Positions 31,381 to 42,025 of a stretch of 52,290 bases of DNA are shown in pieces. This stretch comes from Candidatus Fonsibacter lacus (GTDB taxonomy: Bacteria > Pseudomonadota > Alphaproteobacteria > Pelagibacterales > Pelagibacteraceae). Positions within the stretch are counted from its first letter, which is position 1. Every line of letters begins with the position of its first letter. Both the position numbers and the translations under genes were made by a program. The notes beneath the pieces are model-generated. The model searched no databases. It was not told the origin of the DNA and saw nothing but the letters and a program-made list of their open reading frames with translations. Where the stretch lies: positions 1-52,290 of the forward strand of contig RGRP01000001.1 of assembly GCA_010021145.1 (NCBI GenBank). Direction: 5' to 3'.

Positions 31381-32670
31381 ATGGCCCAAGATTTTAAAGT
31401 AAAAGATTTAAAACTAGCAGAATTTGGTAATAAGGAAATTTCTTTAGCAGAAACTGAAATGCCAGGATTAATGGCAATCAGAAGCGAATATCAATCCAGC
31501 AAACCTTTAAAAGGTGCAAGAATAATTGGGTGTCTTCACATGACAATCCAAACTGCAGTTTTAATAGAAACATTAGTAGCTTTAGGTGCGGAGGTTAGAT
31601 GGTCGTCTTGCAATATATTTTCAACACAAGATCATGCCGCAGCTGCAATTGCTGCAAAAGGAATTCCAGTATTTGCATGGAAGGGCGAGACAGAGGAGGA
31701 ATATTGGTGGTGTATTGAACAAACAATTAATGGAAAAAAAGATTGGAAACCAAATCTTTTGTTAGATGATGGTGGCGATCTTACGATGTTAATGCATGAT
31801 AAATATAAAGATTTGTTAAAAAATATTAAGGGAGTTTCAGAAGAGACTACTACAGGAGTAAAAGCTTTAAAAAAATTAGAAAAAGATAATAAATTATTAA
31901 TTCCGGCAATTAACGTAAATGATTCAGTAACAAAATCTAAATTTGATAATTTATATGGATGCAGAGAAAGTTTAGTAGATTCAATCAGAAGGGCAACAGA
32001 TGTAATGATGTCTGGAAAGATCGCCATAGTTGCTGGATTTGGAGATGTTGGAAAAGGAAGTGCTGCATCCCTTAGACAGAGTGGGGCAAGAGTTTTAATT
32101 ACCGAAACAGATCCAATTTGTGCATTGCAAGCGGCAATGGAGGGTTATCAAGTTGTACTCATGGATGAGGCAATTTCATCTGCTGATATAGTTGTTACAG
32201 CCACTGGAAATAAAGACATTGTTACCATCGAGCACATGAGAAAAATGAAGGATAGATCAATCCTTTGTAACATTGGACATTTTGATAATGAAATTCAGGT
32301 AAGCGCATTGAAAAATTATAAATGGAACGAAGTAAAACCCCAAGTTCATGAAATTGAATTTCCAGATAAAAAAAGAATTATTTTATTAGCAGAAGGTAGA
32401 TTAGTTAATCTTGGTTGTGCAACCGGTCACCCTAGTTTTGTTATGAGCGCCTCTTTTACAAATCAAGTCATTGCACAAATAGAGTTATGGAATAGTAATG
32501 GAAAATATCAGAACAAAGTTTACGTTTTACCAAAACATTTAGATGAAAAAGTTGCAATGTTACATCTTGCAAAAGTAGGTGCAAAACTTACTAAATTAAG
32601 CAAAGAACAAGCTGATTATATTAGCGTTTCTGAAAAAGGACCTTTCAAACCAGATACATATCGTTATTAA
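31381..32670 (+). CDS. ahcY: Adenosylhomocysteinase
   Basis: [54 protein letters not shown]. Confidence 0.98.
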   Translation: MAQDFKVKDLKLAEFGNKEISLAETEMPGLMAIRSEYQSSKPLKGARIIGCLHMTIQTAVLIETLVALGAEVRWSSCNIFSTQDHAAAAIAAKGIPVFAWKGETEEEYWWCIEQTINGKKDWKPNLLLDDGGDLTMLMHDKYKDLLKNIKGVSEETTTGVKALKKLEKDNKLLIPAINVNDSVTKSKFDNLYGCRESLVDSIRRATDVMMSGKIAIVAGFGDVGKGSAASLRQSGARVLITETDPICALQAAMEGYQVVLMDEAISSADIVVTATGNKDIVTIEHMRKMKDRSILCNIGHFDNEIQVSALKNYKWNEVKPQVHEIEFPDKKRIILLAEGRLVNLGCATGHPSFVMSASFTNQVIAQIELWNSNGKYQNKVYVLPKHLDEKVAMLHLAKVGAKLTKLSKEQADYISVSEKGPFKPDTYRY

Positions 32671-32680
32671 TTTCAATTGA

Positions 32681-33136
32681 ATGGAATTAAAATCTTTAGA
32701 TTCCACAAAAAAAGTTGCAGAGGCTATTGCTATAAATTTAAAACCAAATGACTTTATTTTACTTAGCGGTACTTTAGGCGCTGGCAAAACAACATTTGCT
32801 AGATTTTTAATACATTATTTACAGCAAAAAAATCAGTATCCATTAGAAGAAATAGTAAGTCCTACTTTTAATATAGTCCAATATTATGATTTAGGAAAAA
32901 CTTTAAAAGTTGCCCACTACGATTTTTATAGATTAAAAAAAGAAAAAGAAATTTTGAATATAGGATTATTTGATACTGCAAAAAATTTTATAAATATTAT
33001 TGAGTGGCCAGAAATTGCTATGAGTTCCTTTAATGATTTTTTGCAAATTAAATTTACTTATGATCCTAAGAAAGATGTTAGATTTTTAGAGTTTAATGGA
33101 AAAGGAAAGTGGTTAGGTTTTAGTATTAATGATTAA
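32681..33136 (+). CDS. tsaE: tRNA threonylcarbamoyladenosine biosynthesis ATPase TsaE
   Basis: LSGTLGAGKTTF, SPTF, HYDFYRL, IIEWPE. Confidence 0.95.
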   Translation: MELKSLDSTKKVAEAIAINLKPNDFILLSGTLGAGKTTFARFLIHYLQQKNQYPLEEIVSPTFNIVQYYDLGKTLKVAHYDFYRLKKEKEILNIGLFDTAKNFINIIEWPEIAMSSFNDFLQIKFTYDPKKDVRFLEFNGKGKWLGFSIND

Positions 33137-34133
33137 TAAAGATAGATTAAGAATAATAAAATTTTTTCTTAAAAAAAATTATATAGAAAATAGCAAAATA
33201 AAAGAAATCAAAGGTGATGCTTCTTTTAGAAAATATTTTAGAGTATATCAAAAAGATAAATCTTATATTCTTGCTTCTGCAGAAAAAGAAAAAAAATCTA
33301 ATATTTTAAATTATGTTCTTATAAACAAGTTTTTAAGTGAACGAGGAATTAATACACCGCAAGTCATCGATTATGATTATAAAAATGGCTTAGCTTTATT
33401 ACAAGATTTAGGTGATAAAACTTATCTTCAATTAATCAGAAAATCTAAAAATAAATTTCGCATTTATCAATCATTAATTAAATATTTAGTTAAATTACAA
33501 AGAATAAATTTTAGAACTAATTTATTTCGATTTAAAAAATATAATTTTAGAATTTTAAAAAGAGAAATAGATTTATTTTTTATTTGGTATTTGCCTCATG
33601 TACTTAAATTAAAAAATAATTCTAAAATTAAAAAATTAAGACAATTATTGTTATCAATTTTAAAGAACAATTTTATTAAGAATAATTATTTTGTTCATAG
33701 AGATTTTCACGTCTCAAATATGATGGTACATAAAGAAGGATCTAAAAATAAAATCGGCATAATTGATAGTCAAGATGCTTTGATTGGTTCTAGAGCTTAT
33801 GACGTACTTTCTTTGATAGACGATGTAAGGATCAAAACTAGTTATGATTTAAAGAAAAAGTTATTGAATTATTATTTGTTATTAGCCAAGAAAGAAAAGC
33901 ACTTTGATATTAAACAATTTAAAAAAGAATTTTCTATTCTATCAGTGCAAAGAGCTATTAAAATTATTGGAATATTTTCAAGGCTTTTTAAGCGAGACAA
34001 GAAAAGTAAATATTTAAAATTAATTCCTTACACTTGGACAATACTTAATAAAAGGTTAGAAGATCCAATATTTAAAGAGGTAAGAATTATCATTAATCGG
34101 CAAATTAAATTAAGATCTAAGAATGTTAATTGA
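33129..34133 (+). CDS. amgK: APH-family phosphotransferase (AmgK-like anomeric MurNAc/GlcNAc kinase)
   Basis: GDASFRKYFR, QDLG, HRDFHVSNMM, IDSQDA, QRAIKIIGIFSRL..RD.K..YL; follows tsaE. Confidence 0.8.
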   Translation: MINKDRLRIIKFFLKKNYIENSKIKEIKGDASFRKYFRVYQKDKSYILASAEKEKKSNILNYVLINKFLSERGINTPQVIDYDYKNGLALLQDLGDKTYLQLIRKSKNKFRIYQSLIKYLVKLQRINFRTNLFRFKKYNFRILKREIDLFFIWYLPHVLKLKNNSKIKKLRQLLLSILKNNFIKNNYFVHRDFHVSNMMVHKEGSKNKIGIIDSQDALIGSRAYDVLSLIDDVRIKTSYDLKKKLLNYYLLLAKKEKHFDIKQFKKEFSILSVQRAIKIIGIFSRLFKRDKKSKYLKLIPYTWTILNKRLEDPIFKEVRIIINRQIKLRSKNVN

Positions 34134-35691
34134 TAAAAAGTTTTTTGAAGACTCAGAAGCTTGGCCTTTTGCTGAATCCAGAGAGATATTAAAAAAAAGA
34201 TTAAAAATAATAGAAAAAAAGGGTTACGTTTTATTTCAAACAGGTTACGGACCAAGTGGACTTCCTCATATTGGAACATTCGGAGAGGTTTGTAGAACCA
34301 CTATGGTTATGAATGCTTTCCAAAAATTATCTAATATTCCAGTTAAATTATATACATTTTCAGATGATATGGATGGGCTTAGAAAAGTTCCAGATAACAT
34401 TCCAAATAAATCAATTCTGGAAAATAATTTAAATAAACCGTTAACAGCAATTCCAGATCCTTTTAAAAAATTTAAGAGTTTTGGAGAGCATAATAACAAT
34501 ATGTTAAAAAAATTTTTAGATGAATTTAATTTTAAATATGAATTTAAAAGTTCAACTGATCTTTATACCAAAGGTGATTTTGATGAAGCACTGACTCAAG
34601 TTTTAAAAAACTATCAAAAAATTATGGACGTAGTTCTACCAACGCTTGGTCCAGAGAGAAGAAAAACTTACAGTCCTTTTTTGCCTATATGTCCTGAGAC
34701 AGGAAAAGTATTAGAAGTTGCCATAGTTGATATAAATTTAGATAGCAAAACTATTATATATCAAAATGGAAATAAAAAAGTTGAAACAAAAATTACAGGA
34801 GGGGCATGCAAATTACAGTGGAAAGTAGATTGGGCAATGCGTTGGTTTGCTCTTGGAGTTGACTTTGAAATGTATGGAAAAGATTTAATTCCAAGCGCGG
34901 AATTATCAAATAAAATTTGTAAAATCTTAGGAGGTACACCGCCAGCTGGATTTGCCTATGAATTATTTTTAGACGAGAATGGAGAAAAAATTTCTAAATC
35001 AAAGGGCAACGGAATTACAATTGAACAATGGTTAAAATATGCATCTCCTGAAAGTTTGTCTCTGTACATGTATCAAAATCCGACAAGAGCTAAAAAATTA
35101 TATTTTCAAGTTATTCCAAAGGCAGTTGATGAATATCTTTCTTTCTTAGAAAAATTTGACAAACAAGAGGTAAAAGAAAAATTAGGAAATCCAGTTTGGC
35201 ATGTTCATAATGGCAATCCACCAAAAGAGAAAATAATTATCTCTTTTAATATTCTGCTGAATTTAGTGAGTGTTAGTAATACAGATAAGGAAGAAGTTAT
35301 TTGGAAATTTATTAAGAACTTTAGTCCAAATTTAGTTAAAGAAAATCACCCCATTCTTGCAAAATTAATTTTAAATGCAATTAATTATTTTAATGATGTT
35401 GTGAAAGTAAATAAAAAATTTAGAAAGCCAGATCCAGCTGAAAAAAAAGCATTGCAAGATCTAGCTGAGCAAATTTCTAAAATGAGTCCAACTTTACAGC
35501 CAGAGGAAATGCAAACCATCGTTTATTCTGTTGGCAAGACTCATTATTCAAAAGAAAGATTAAGAGAGTGGTTTAAAATGATTTATGAAGTGCTTTTTGG
35601 AGATGAACAAGGTCCGAGAATGGGATCTTTTATAAGTTTTTATGGTATTAAAGAAACAGTGAACTTAATTAATAAGTCTATCAATGATTAA
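34123..35691 (+). CDS. lysS: Lysine--tRNA ligase, class I
   Basis: TGYGPSGLPHIGTFGE, DDMDGLRKVP, KLQWKVDWAMRW, KISKSKGN, QGPRMG. Confidence 0.96.
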   Translation: MLIDKKFFEDSEAWPFAESREILKKRLKIIEKKGYVLFQTGYGPSGLPHIGTFGEVCRTTMVMNAFQKLSNIPVKLYTFSDDMDGLRKVPDNIPNKSILENNLNKPLTAIPDPFKKFKSFGEHNNNMLKKFLDEFNFKYEFKSSTDLYTKGDFDEALTQVLKNYQKIMDVVLPTLGPERRKTYSPFLPICPETGKVLEVAIVDINLDSKTIIYQNGNKKVETKITGGACKLQWKVDWAMRWFALGVDFEMYGKDLIPSAELSNKICKILGGTPPAGFAYELFLDENGEKISKSKGNGITIEQWLKYASPESLSLYMYQNPTRAKKLYFQVIPKAVDEYLSFLEKFDKQEVKEKLGNPVWHVHNGNPPKEKIIISFNILLNLVSVSNTDKEEVIWKFIKNFSPNLVKENHPILAKLILNAINYFNDVVKVNKKFRKPDPAEKKALQDLAEQISKMSPTLQPEEMQTIVYSVGKTHYSKERLREWFKMIYEVLFGDEQGPRMGSFISFYGIKETVNLINKSIND

Positions 35692-35699
35692 TCATAAAA

Positions 35700-36746
35700 A
35701 TGAATTATCAGATTATTAATTCTTTTATTAATAAGCTTGATCCAGAACTTGCTCATTCCTTAGCTATTCAATTTTTAAAAAATCTTTATATCCCACTTTT
35801 TCAATCAAAAGATGATGAGATTTTAAAGATTAATATTTTTGGAAAAGAATTTTTAAATCCAATAGGTCTCGCGGCTGGATTTGATAAGAATGCAGAAGTA
35901 TATGATAAAATGTTTGCGCTTGGGTTTGGTTATGCAGAGGTTGGCACAGTTACTCCAAGACCCCAAGAAGGCAATTCAAAGCCAAGAGTTTTTAGATTAG
36001 TAGAAGATGAAGCGATCATTAATCGTTTGGGTTTTCCAAGTCAGGGCTTAGTAAAAATTAAAAGCAGAATTGAAACTAAAAGAGTAGAGGGAATTTTAGG
36101 GATTAATATAGGACCAAATAAAGATAGCGTATCACGTATTGATGATTACGTAGAATGTTTTAAAAATTTTCATAATTTGTGTAGTTATATATGTATAAAT
36201 ATTTCATCACCTAACACTGAGAATTTAAGAAATTTTCATGAACAAGATAATTTAAAAAAATTATTAAGTGAAATTTTTAATATAAAAAAAACTTTAAGCA
36301 GTAAAACGCCTGTTCTTTTAAAGATATCACCAGATATCAATGATGTTGATATTGATATGATTTGTAAAAATATTTTAGAATTTAATTTAGATGGATTAGT
36401 TTTAACCAATACATCTGTAAAACTAAGAGAAGATTTAATTAATAAACAAAAAAATGAAACAGGTGGTTTATCAGGAGCTCCAATTAAAGAAACTTCTAAT
36501 TTAATTATTAAAAAATTTTTTAAAATTATTAAAACAAGAGTACCAATTATTGGCGTGGGTGGAATTGATTCAGGAATTTCTGCTTATGAAAAAATAAGAG
36601 CAGGCGCTTCTTTATTGCAACTTTATACAGGCCTAGTTTATAAGGGCCCTTTTGTTGTAACGTCAATTAAACAAGAATTAGCCAGACTTTTGAGAAGAGA
36701 TGGTTTCTCTTCTTTACAAAAAGCGGTAGGCGTTGACAGCGAATAA
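35700..36746 (+). CDS. pyrD: Quinone-dependent dihydroorotate dehydrogenase
   Basis: DPELAH, GLAAGFDKNA, INRLGF, NISSPNT, KISPD, GGLSG, GVGGI. Confidence 0.96.
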   Translation: MNYQIINSFINKLDPELAHSLAIQFLKNLYIPLFQSKDDEILKINIFGKEFLNPIGLAAGFDKNAEVYDKMFALGFGYAEVGTVTPRPQEGNSKPRVFRLVEDEAIINRLGFPSQGLVKIKSRIETKRVEGILGINIGPNKDSVSRIDDYVECFKNFHNLCSYICINISSPNTENLRNFHEQDNLKKLLSEIFNIKKTLSSKTPVLLKISPDINDVDIDMICKNILEFNLDGLVLTNTSVKLREDLINKQKNETGGLSGAPIKETSNLIIKKFFKIIKTRVPIIGVGGIDSGISAYEKIRAGASLLQLYTGLVYKGPFVVTSIKQELARLLRRDGFSSLQKAVGVDSE

Positions 36747-37163
36747 ATTAATTATCAAAGTTAAAATTACTAAAAAAGTTAATCGTTTTCTAAGATTTAA
36801 ATACCAGGCATTACTCGATTCAGAAAATATTTTTCCATCTATAAAATTGGTTGAAAAGAATAAGATCATATAGATTGCAATTTTTATGTCTTGATTTGAA
36901 AAAAAATCTAAAATGAAAGAAAAAACTGGAACTAAAACACTCAAAGTTAATAATAAATTTCTGTTATTAGAAATATTGCTATTTAAAATTTTACTCCATT
37001 GGCTACCACAAAGAAAAGATAGGATTATATTTGCATAGAATAAATAAACATCCACAACATAGTTATTAAAATTTGAAATAAAAAAAATGATTGTAAGTGC
37101 AAAAAAAGGGATAAGGCCAAGATATCCTAAAATGGTTGCTAATTTTTTTTTCTCTATTGGCAT
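36714..37163 (-). CDS. DUF3429-family membrane protein
   Basis: LGYLGLIPF, Y..IILSFL.G..W, WY..LR..LT; about 5 TM helices. Confidence 0.75.
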   Translation of the reverse strand: MPIEKKKLATILGYLGLIPFFALTIIFFISNFNNYVVDVYLFYANIILSFLCGSQWSKILNSNISNNRNLLLTLSVLVPVFSFILDFFSNQDIKIAIYMILFFSTNFIDGKIFSESSNAWYLNLRKRLTFLVILTLIINLFAVNAYRFL

Positions 37164-37165
37164 AA

Positions 37166-38224
37166 TTAGTATTTTAATTTTTTAAAAATAAATGAGCTGA
37201 AATATCCAATTAATAAAGCTAGTCCCACAGCAGTTAATGCATATAATATTGGGCTTGTATTTACAAATTGATAAATAAAATCTTGAAAAAAATTTAAATG
37301 ATCTTGGCTTTCTATTTTTTTAAAAATTTTAAATTTTAATTCTTCTACAAATAAAGAATAGCCAAATTTTAATCCGAAAATCATAATGATAATAGACATT
37401 AAAATTCTAAGTTCTTCATTCTTTAAATTCATTCCAAGTCTCGTTCCTAGTTGTACCCCAACAACTGAACCAAGCATAAGAATAGAAACTAAAATAAGAT
37501 CAATATTATGATTAGTAATGGCATGAAAGAAAGTTACAAATGTCATAACAAAAATCATCACAAATAAAGATGTTCCAGGAACAAGCTTAGAGGGCATGCC
37601 AAGAACATAAATCATCACAGGAATTAAAATGAATGCTCCTCCCACACCCATCATCGATGAAATAACTCCAATCAAAAATCCAAAAAATATTGGCGGAATA
37701 ATACTAATGTATAGTCTTGAAGAATTCATTCTAACCTTAAAAGGAAGTCCATGAATCCATGTATGTTTACGGAGTTTTCGTTTTATAAATTTTTTATTTT
37801 TTATTCTGCGAAATTCAGCAAGACTTTCAATAAACATTAAAAGTCCAAAACTAGTTAATAATACAAAATATAATATTGAAGTAATGGTATTAATTTTTCC
37901 AATTTGAATTAATAATTTAATAAAATAAATACCAATAGTTGCACCAAAAAATCCGCCACTTAAAATATAAAGACCCATTTTAATATCAACTTGTTTTTTA
38001 TACCAATGTGCAAATGTTCCAGAAACAGAAGATGCTAAAATGTTATTAGCTCCATTTGCTATGGCATGCATTGGCGGGATACCAAAAAAAATTAAAACAG
38101 GCGTCATCAAAAATCCTCCGCCAATACCAAGTAAACCACTTAAGAAACCTATGAACCCGCTGATTGATAATAAATATAAAATGTTAACATGAACCTCTAC
38201 AATTGGCAGATAAACTTGGAACAT
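37166..38224 (-). CDS. TSUP (TauE/SafE) family transporter with extra C-terminal TM segment
   Basis: YLP..., GFLSGLLGIGGGFLMTP, WIHGLPFKVR...SRLYIS, MGVGGAFI..P, GTSLF; 352 aa. Confidence 0.88.
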   Translation of the reverse strand: MFQVYLPIVEVHVNILYLLSISGFIGFLSGLLGIGGGFLMTPVLIFFGIPPMHAIANGANNILASSVSGTFAHWYKKQVDIKMGLYILSGGFFGATIGIYFIKLLIQIGKINTITSILYFVLLTSFGLLMFIESLAEFRRIKNKKFIKRKLRKHTWIHGLPFKVRMNSSRLYISIIPPIFFGFLIGVISSMMGVGGAFILIPVMIYVLGMPSKLVPGTSLFVMIFVMTFVTFFHAITNHNIDLILVSILMLGSVVGVQLGTRLGMNLKNEELRILMSIIIMIFGLKFGYSLFVEELKFKIFKKIESQDHLNFFQDFIYQFVNTSPILYALTAVGLALLIGYFSSFIFKKLKY

Positions 38225-38315
38225 GAGAATTTTAGGTTAACCAATAATTATTGGACTAATCTTGTAAAAACAAGAAATCAATTACTGCAAATAATCTAGG
38301 ATTTATAAGAAATAT

Positions 38316-38357
38316 CTTGACGTAAATTCATCATCTAACTATATCCCTTGCAGGAGA
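38316..38357 (+). promoter_or_regulatory. Putative sigma70 promoter and RBS of rpmB
   Basis: CTTGAC-N17-CTATAT (38316-38344) followed by AGGAGA (38352-38357) just before the ATG. Confidence 0.6.
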
Positions 38358-38361
38358 AAAT

Positions 38362-38703
38362 ATGTCCAAACTTTGTGAACTGACAGGCAAACGACCACAA
38401 ACAGGTCATAACGTCAGCCATGCAAATAATAAAACTAAAAGAAGATTTTTTCCAAATCTTAAAAAAGTTTCTTTTAAAAGTGAAAAATTAAATCGTGATA
38501 TTCGTATAAAAATTTGCACGCGAGCAATTAAAGCGGTAGATTTTAGAGGTGGAATTGATGAGTTTTTGTTAAGAGCTAAAAATAAAAATTTGTCTCCTCG
38601 AGTTAAAAAGATAAGAAAACTTTTATTAACAATCGTTCCTCAAGTTAAGAAACCTAAAAAAGAAATTAAAGCTAAAAAAGAAACAAAAGCTAAAGTTAAT
38701 TAG
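38362..38703 (+). CDS. rpmB: 50S ribosomal protein L28
   Basis: MSKLCELTGK...GHNVSHANNKTKRRFFPNL; GGIDEFLL. Confidence 0.96.
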   Translation: MSKLCELTGKRPQTGHNVSHANNKTKRRFFPNLKKVSFKSEKLNRDIRIKICTRAIKAVDFRGGIDEFLLRAKNKNLSPRVKKIRKLLLTIVPQVKKPKKEIKAKKETKAKVN

Positions 38704-38708
38704 TCTTC

Positions 38709-39257
38709 TTGGCATATTCAAAAAAGATATTTTTATATTCGGCCGTAATGGCTATTGTTATCTGCGCTTCAAATTATCTAGTACAATTTCCTTTTTCGTA
38801 TTTTGGACTCCAAGAAATTTTAACCTGGGGGGCTTTTACATACCCAATTACTTTTTTAGTGACCGATCTTGCAAATAGGTTTTTTGGCAAAGAATTTGCT
38901 AAAAAGATTGTTGTTTTTGGATTTATACTTGGAATTATTTTTTCATTTATTTTAACTTTTGAAGAATTTAATTTAATCGTTTTAAGAATAGTTATTGCAT
39001 CTGGAGTGGCTTTTTTAGCAGGTCAGCTTTTAGATATTAGTGTATTTAATACTTTAAGAAATAAATTGTGGTTTATTCCTCCGCTTGTTTCTTCAATTCT
39101 TGGCTCAATATTAGATACGGTAGTATTTTTTAGTATAGCTTTTTATGGAACAGATTCTTCCTGGATTATATTAGCAGCGGGAGATCTGGCAGTTAAATTA
39201 TTTGTAGATTTTGCAATGTTACTGCCTTTTAGAATTGCAATTGCTAGGTTTAGTTAA
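38709..39257 (+). CDS. yhhQ: Queuosine precursor transporter (YhhQ/VUT family)
   Basis: [46 protein letters not shown]; TTG start; follows rpmB. Confidence 0.85.
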   Translation: MAYSKKIFLYSAVMAIVICASNYLVQFPFSYFGLQEILTWGAFTYPITFLVTDLANRFFGKEFAKKIVVFGFILGIIFSFILTFEEFNLIVLRIVIASGVAFLAGQLLDISVFNTLRNKLWFIPPLVSSILGSILDTVVFFSIAFYGTDSSWIILAAGDLAVKLFVDFAMLLPFRIAIARFS

Positions 39258-41040
39258 TCGTTTTTTTTCTTTTTGGTTCTTCAATAAATAAATCTGCAAG
39301 TTGGTCAATTAAAGCATCTCCCAATTCTTGAACGTCGGCAATTTTTAGAGCTTTGCTATAATAGTTGGTAACGTCATGACCAATTCCAATAGCATTAATT
39401 TCAACATCTTTTTTATTTTCTATCCATTTTACAGTATTTTTTAAATGTTTCTCTAAATAGTTGCCCGGATTTACAGAAAGAGTTGAATCATCAACAGGAG
39501 CGCCATCAGAAATTACCATTAAGATTTTTCTCTCTTCGCTTCTATTTTTTAATCTTTGATAAGCCCATAAAATTGCTTCTCCATCTATATTTTCTTTTAG
39601 AATTCCTTCTTTTAACATTAAACCTAAATTATTTTTTCCTCTTCTCCACGGTGTATCGGCAGATTTATAAATGATGTGCGATAAATCGTTTAATCTTCCA
39701 GGATTATTTATTTTATTTTTTAACCACAGTTCTCTACTTTTTCCACCTTTCCAATTTAATGTCGTAAATCCTAATACTTCAACTTTTACAGAGCATCTTT
39801 CTAATGTGCGGGATAAAATATCAGCACAAATAGCAGCTATAGAAATAGGCCTGCCTCGCATTGATCCAGAATTATCAATCAATAAAGTGACTACCGTATC
39901 TTTAAAATTTGTATTTTTTTCCTTCTTGTAAGATAGGGAGTTATGGGGATCGATGATAACTCGGGTTAGTTTTGCTGTATCCAGCATTCCTTCCTCAAGA
40001 TCAAATTCCCAAGACCTATTTTGAAAGGCGAGTAGTTTTCTTTGTAATTTATTTGCAAGTCTAGAAATAAAGTTGTGAAAAGATTTTAACTGATTATCTA
40101 AATTTTCTCTAAATTTAATCATTTCACCAGGATCAATCATTTCTTCAGCATTAATAATTTTGTCAAATTTATTTGTAAAAATTTTATATTTAACTTCGCT
40201 ACTATTTTTTTTGATATTAGAAGATTTGATTTCATCATTTGAACTGTTCTCATCTTCAATTAAAGATTCTTGCTCACTTTGATTTGCATCAATTTCAACG
40301 TCGGGAATTACACTTTCGATATTAAAGTCTTGTTTATTAGAGTTTTTATCTTGGTTGATTTCATTATCATTTTGATCTTTAAGTTTATTTTCATTCTTTT
40401 GCTCATTATCATTATCAGTATTATTAGGAGTTAATTTTTCTTCTAATTTTAGGCTTTGAATAATCGAGTTTAGAATATTAGAGAATTTTTCTTGATCAGA
40501 AATATTTTTTTTTAATAAATCTAATTTATCTTTAATTTGGTCATCAATAATTTTATTCCAATTTTTTAAACTTTTCCTTTCCTCGATATTTAAATCTAGA
40601 TTAAGCAAGTGATTTGCCAAAATAATATCAAAGGCTTTTTCGATACTATTATAAGTCTCTTCACTTTGTTCGTTGAATTTTTTTTGATAATAGTTTTTAA
40701 AATTTAAATTTATTCCTGCAAAGTTTTCTGAACCTAATTTTTCATAGCGAATTTTTTCAGCACTTTTATAAATATTTTTTGCAATCATTCCTCTAGGTTC
40801 AAATTTTTTTAACAGTTCTGAATTGCTATATTTTATTTTTAAAGCCTCAGAATCTGCAAGAGCTCTAATATTTTGATATTCATCAATAGAATTGAAATTA
40901 ATCTTAGGAAGATTAATAATATTACTTTCCTTTGTCGTTGCGTCAGAGAATAAAATATTAAGATCTTGTTTTTTAGCTAATGCTTTGATGGTTGATGAGA
41001 TGGCTATTTTAAAATTTTCAGCCTGTTTTTCATTTTCCAT
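39250..41040 (-). CDS. cobT: CobT-like VWA protein (cobaltochelatase CobT family)
   Basis: [57 protein letters not shown]; acidic linker. Confidence 0.92.
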   Translation of the reverse strand: MENEKQAENFKIAISSTIKALAKKQDLNILFSDATTKESNIINLPKINFNSIDEYQNIRALADSEALKIKYSNSELLKKFEPRGMIAKNIYKSAEKIRYEKLGSENFAGINLNFKNYYQKKFNEQSEETYNSIEKAFDIILANHLLNLDLNIEERKSLKNWNKIIDDQIKDKLDLLKKNISDQEKFSNILNSIIQSLKLEEKLTPNNTDNDNEQKNENKLKDQNDNEINQDKNSNKQDFNIESVIPDVEIDANQSEQESLIEDENSSNDEIKSSNIKKNSSEVKYKIFTNKFDKIINAEEMIDPGEMIKFRENLDNQLKSFHNFISRLANKLQRKLLAFQNRSWEFDLEEGMLDTAKLTRVIIDPHNSLSYKKEKNTNFKDTVVTLLIDNSGSMRGRPISIAAICADILSRTLERCSVKVEVLGFTTLNWKGGKSRELWLKNKINNPGRLNDLSHIIYKSADTPWRRGKNNLGLMLKEGILKENIDGEAILWAYQRLKNRSEERKILMVISDGAPVDDSTLSVNPGNYLEKHLKNTVKWIENKKDVEINAIGIGHDVTNYYSKALKIADVQELGDALIDQLADLFIEEPKRKKTIN

Positions 41041-42025
41041 TTTTAAGATTTATTTTTAAACTTGCAGTTGTTTCTGTAAGTTCTTTCGCAAAGCATCTTT
41101 GAAAATATTCTGCAATAATTGTTCTTTCCAATTCATCGCAACGATTTAAGAATGATATTCTAAAAGAATAACCAATATCGTTAAAAATTTTATAATTATC
41201 AGCCCACGTCATTACTGTTCTAGGGCTCATCACAGTTGAAATATCTCCGTTAGCAAGCCCAGATCTTGTTAGATCAGCAACTTGAATCATTTTCTGTGCG
41301 ATTTTTTTTCCTTCTGCGTTATTTAAATGAGGACATTTTGATAATACGATTTCCAGTTCACTCTCTTGTTTTAGATAATTGAGTGTTGTTACAATATTCC
41401 AACGATCCATTTGTCCTTGGTTAATTTGCTGAGTTCCATGATAAAGTCCCGAAGTGTCTCCAAGACCAATGGTATTTGCTGTTGCAAATAATCTAAAATA
41501 TTTATTTTGTTTAATTACTTTATTTTTATCAAGCAAAGTTAGTTTTCCTTCACTTTCAAGTAATCTTTGAATCACAAACATAACATCGGGTCTACCGGCG
41601 TCATACTCATCAAAAACTAAAGCCACAGGATTTTGAAGTGCCCAAGGCAAAATTCCCTCTCTAAATTCAGTAACTTGTTTATTATCTTTTATTACGATTG
41701 CATCTTTCCCTAAAAGATCAATCCTACTTACATGACTATCCAAATTTACTCTTATGCAAGGCCAATTTAATCTTGCCGCAACTTGCTCAATGTGAGTTGA
41801 TTTTCCTGTGCCGTGAAATCCTTGAATTAAAACTCTTTTATTAAAAACAAAGCCTGCAAGAATTGCAAGAGTTGTGTCACGATCAAACTTGTAAGCACTA
41901 TCCAGTTCAGGAACAAATTGATTTTTTTTTGAAAAACCTTCAACCGTCATATCTGTTTCGATATTAAAAGTTTGTTTTACAGAAATTTTTATATCAGGTA
42001 CGTTTTCAAAAATATTATTTTCCAT
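41030..42025 (-). CDS. cobS: CobS-like MoxR-type AAA+ ATPase
   Basis: [48 protein letters not shown]. Confidence 0.94.
   Translation of the reverse strand: MENNIFENVPDIKISVKQTFNIETDMTVEGFSKKNQFVPELDSAYKFDRDTTLAILAGFVFNKRVLIQGFHGTGKSTHIEQVAARLNWPCIRVNLDSHVSRIDLLGKDAIVIKDNKQVTEFREGILPWALQNPVALVFDEYDAGRPDVMFVIQRLLESEGKLTLLDKNKVIKQNKYFRLFATANTIGLGDTSGLYHGTQQINQGQMDRWNIVTTLNYLKQESELEIVLSKCPHLNNAEGKKIAQKMIQVADLTRSGLANGDISTVMSPRTVMTWADNYKIFNDIGYSFRISFLNRCDELERTIIAEYFQRCFAKELTETTASLKINLKNGK

Noticed and set aside
40180-40450. Asn/Asp/Glu-rich low-complexity stretch in cobT as a repeat or insertion
   Set aside because: It is the normal acidic linker of CobT-family proteins.
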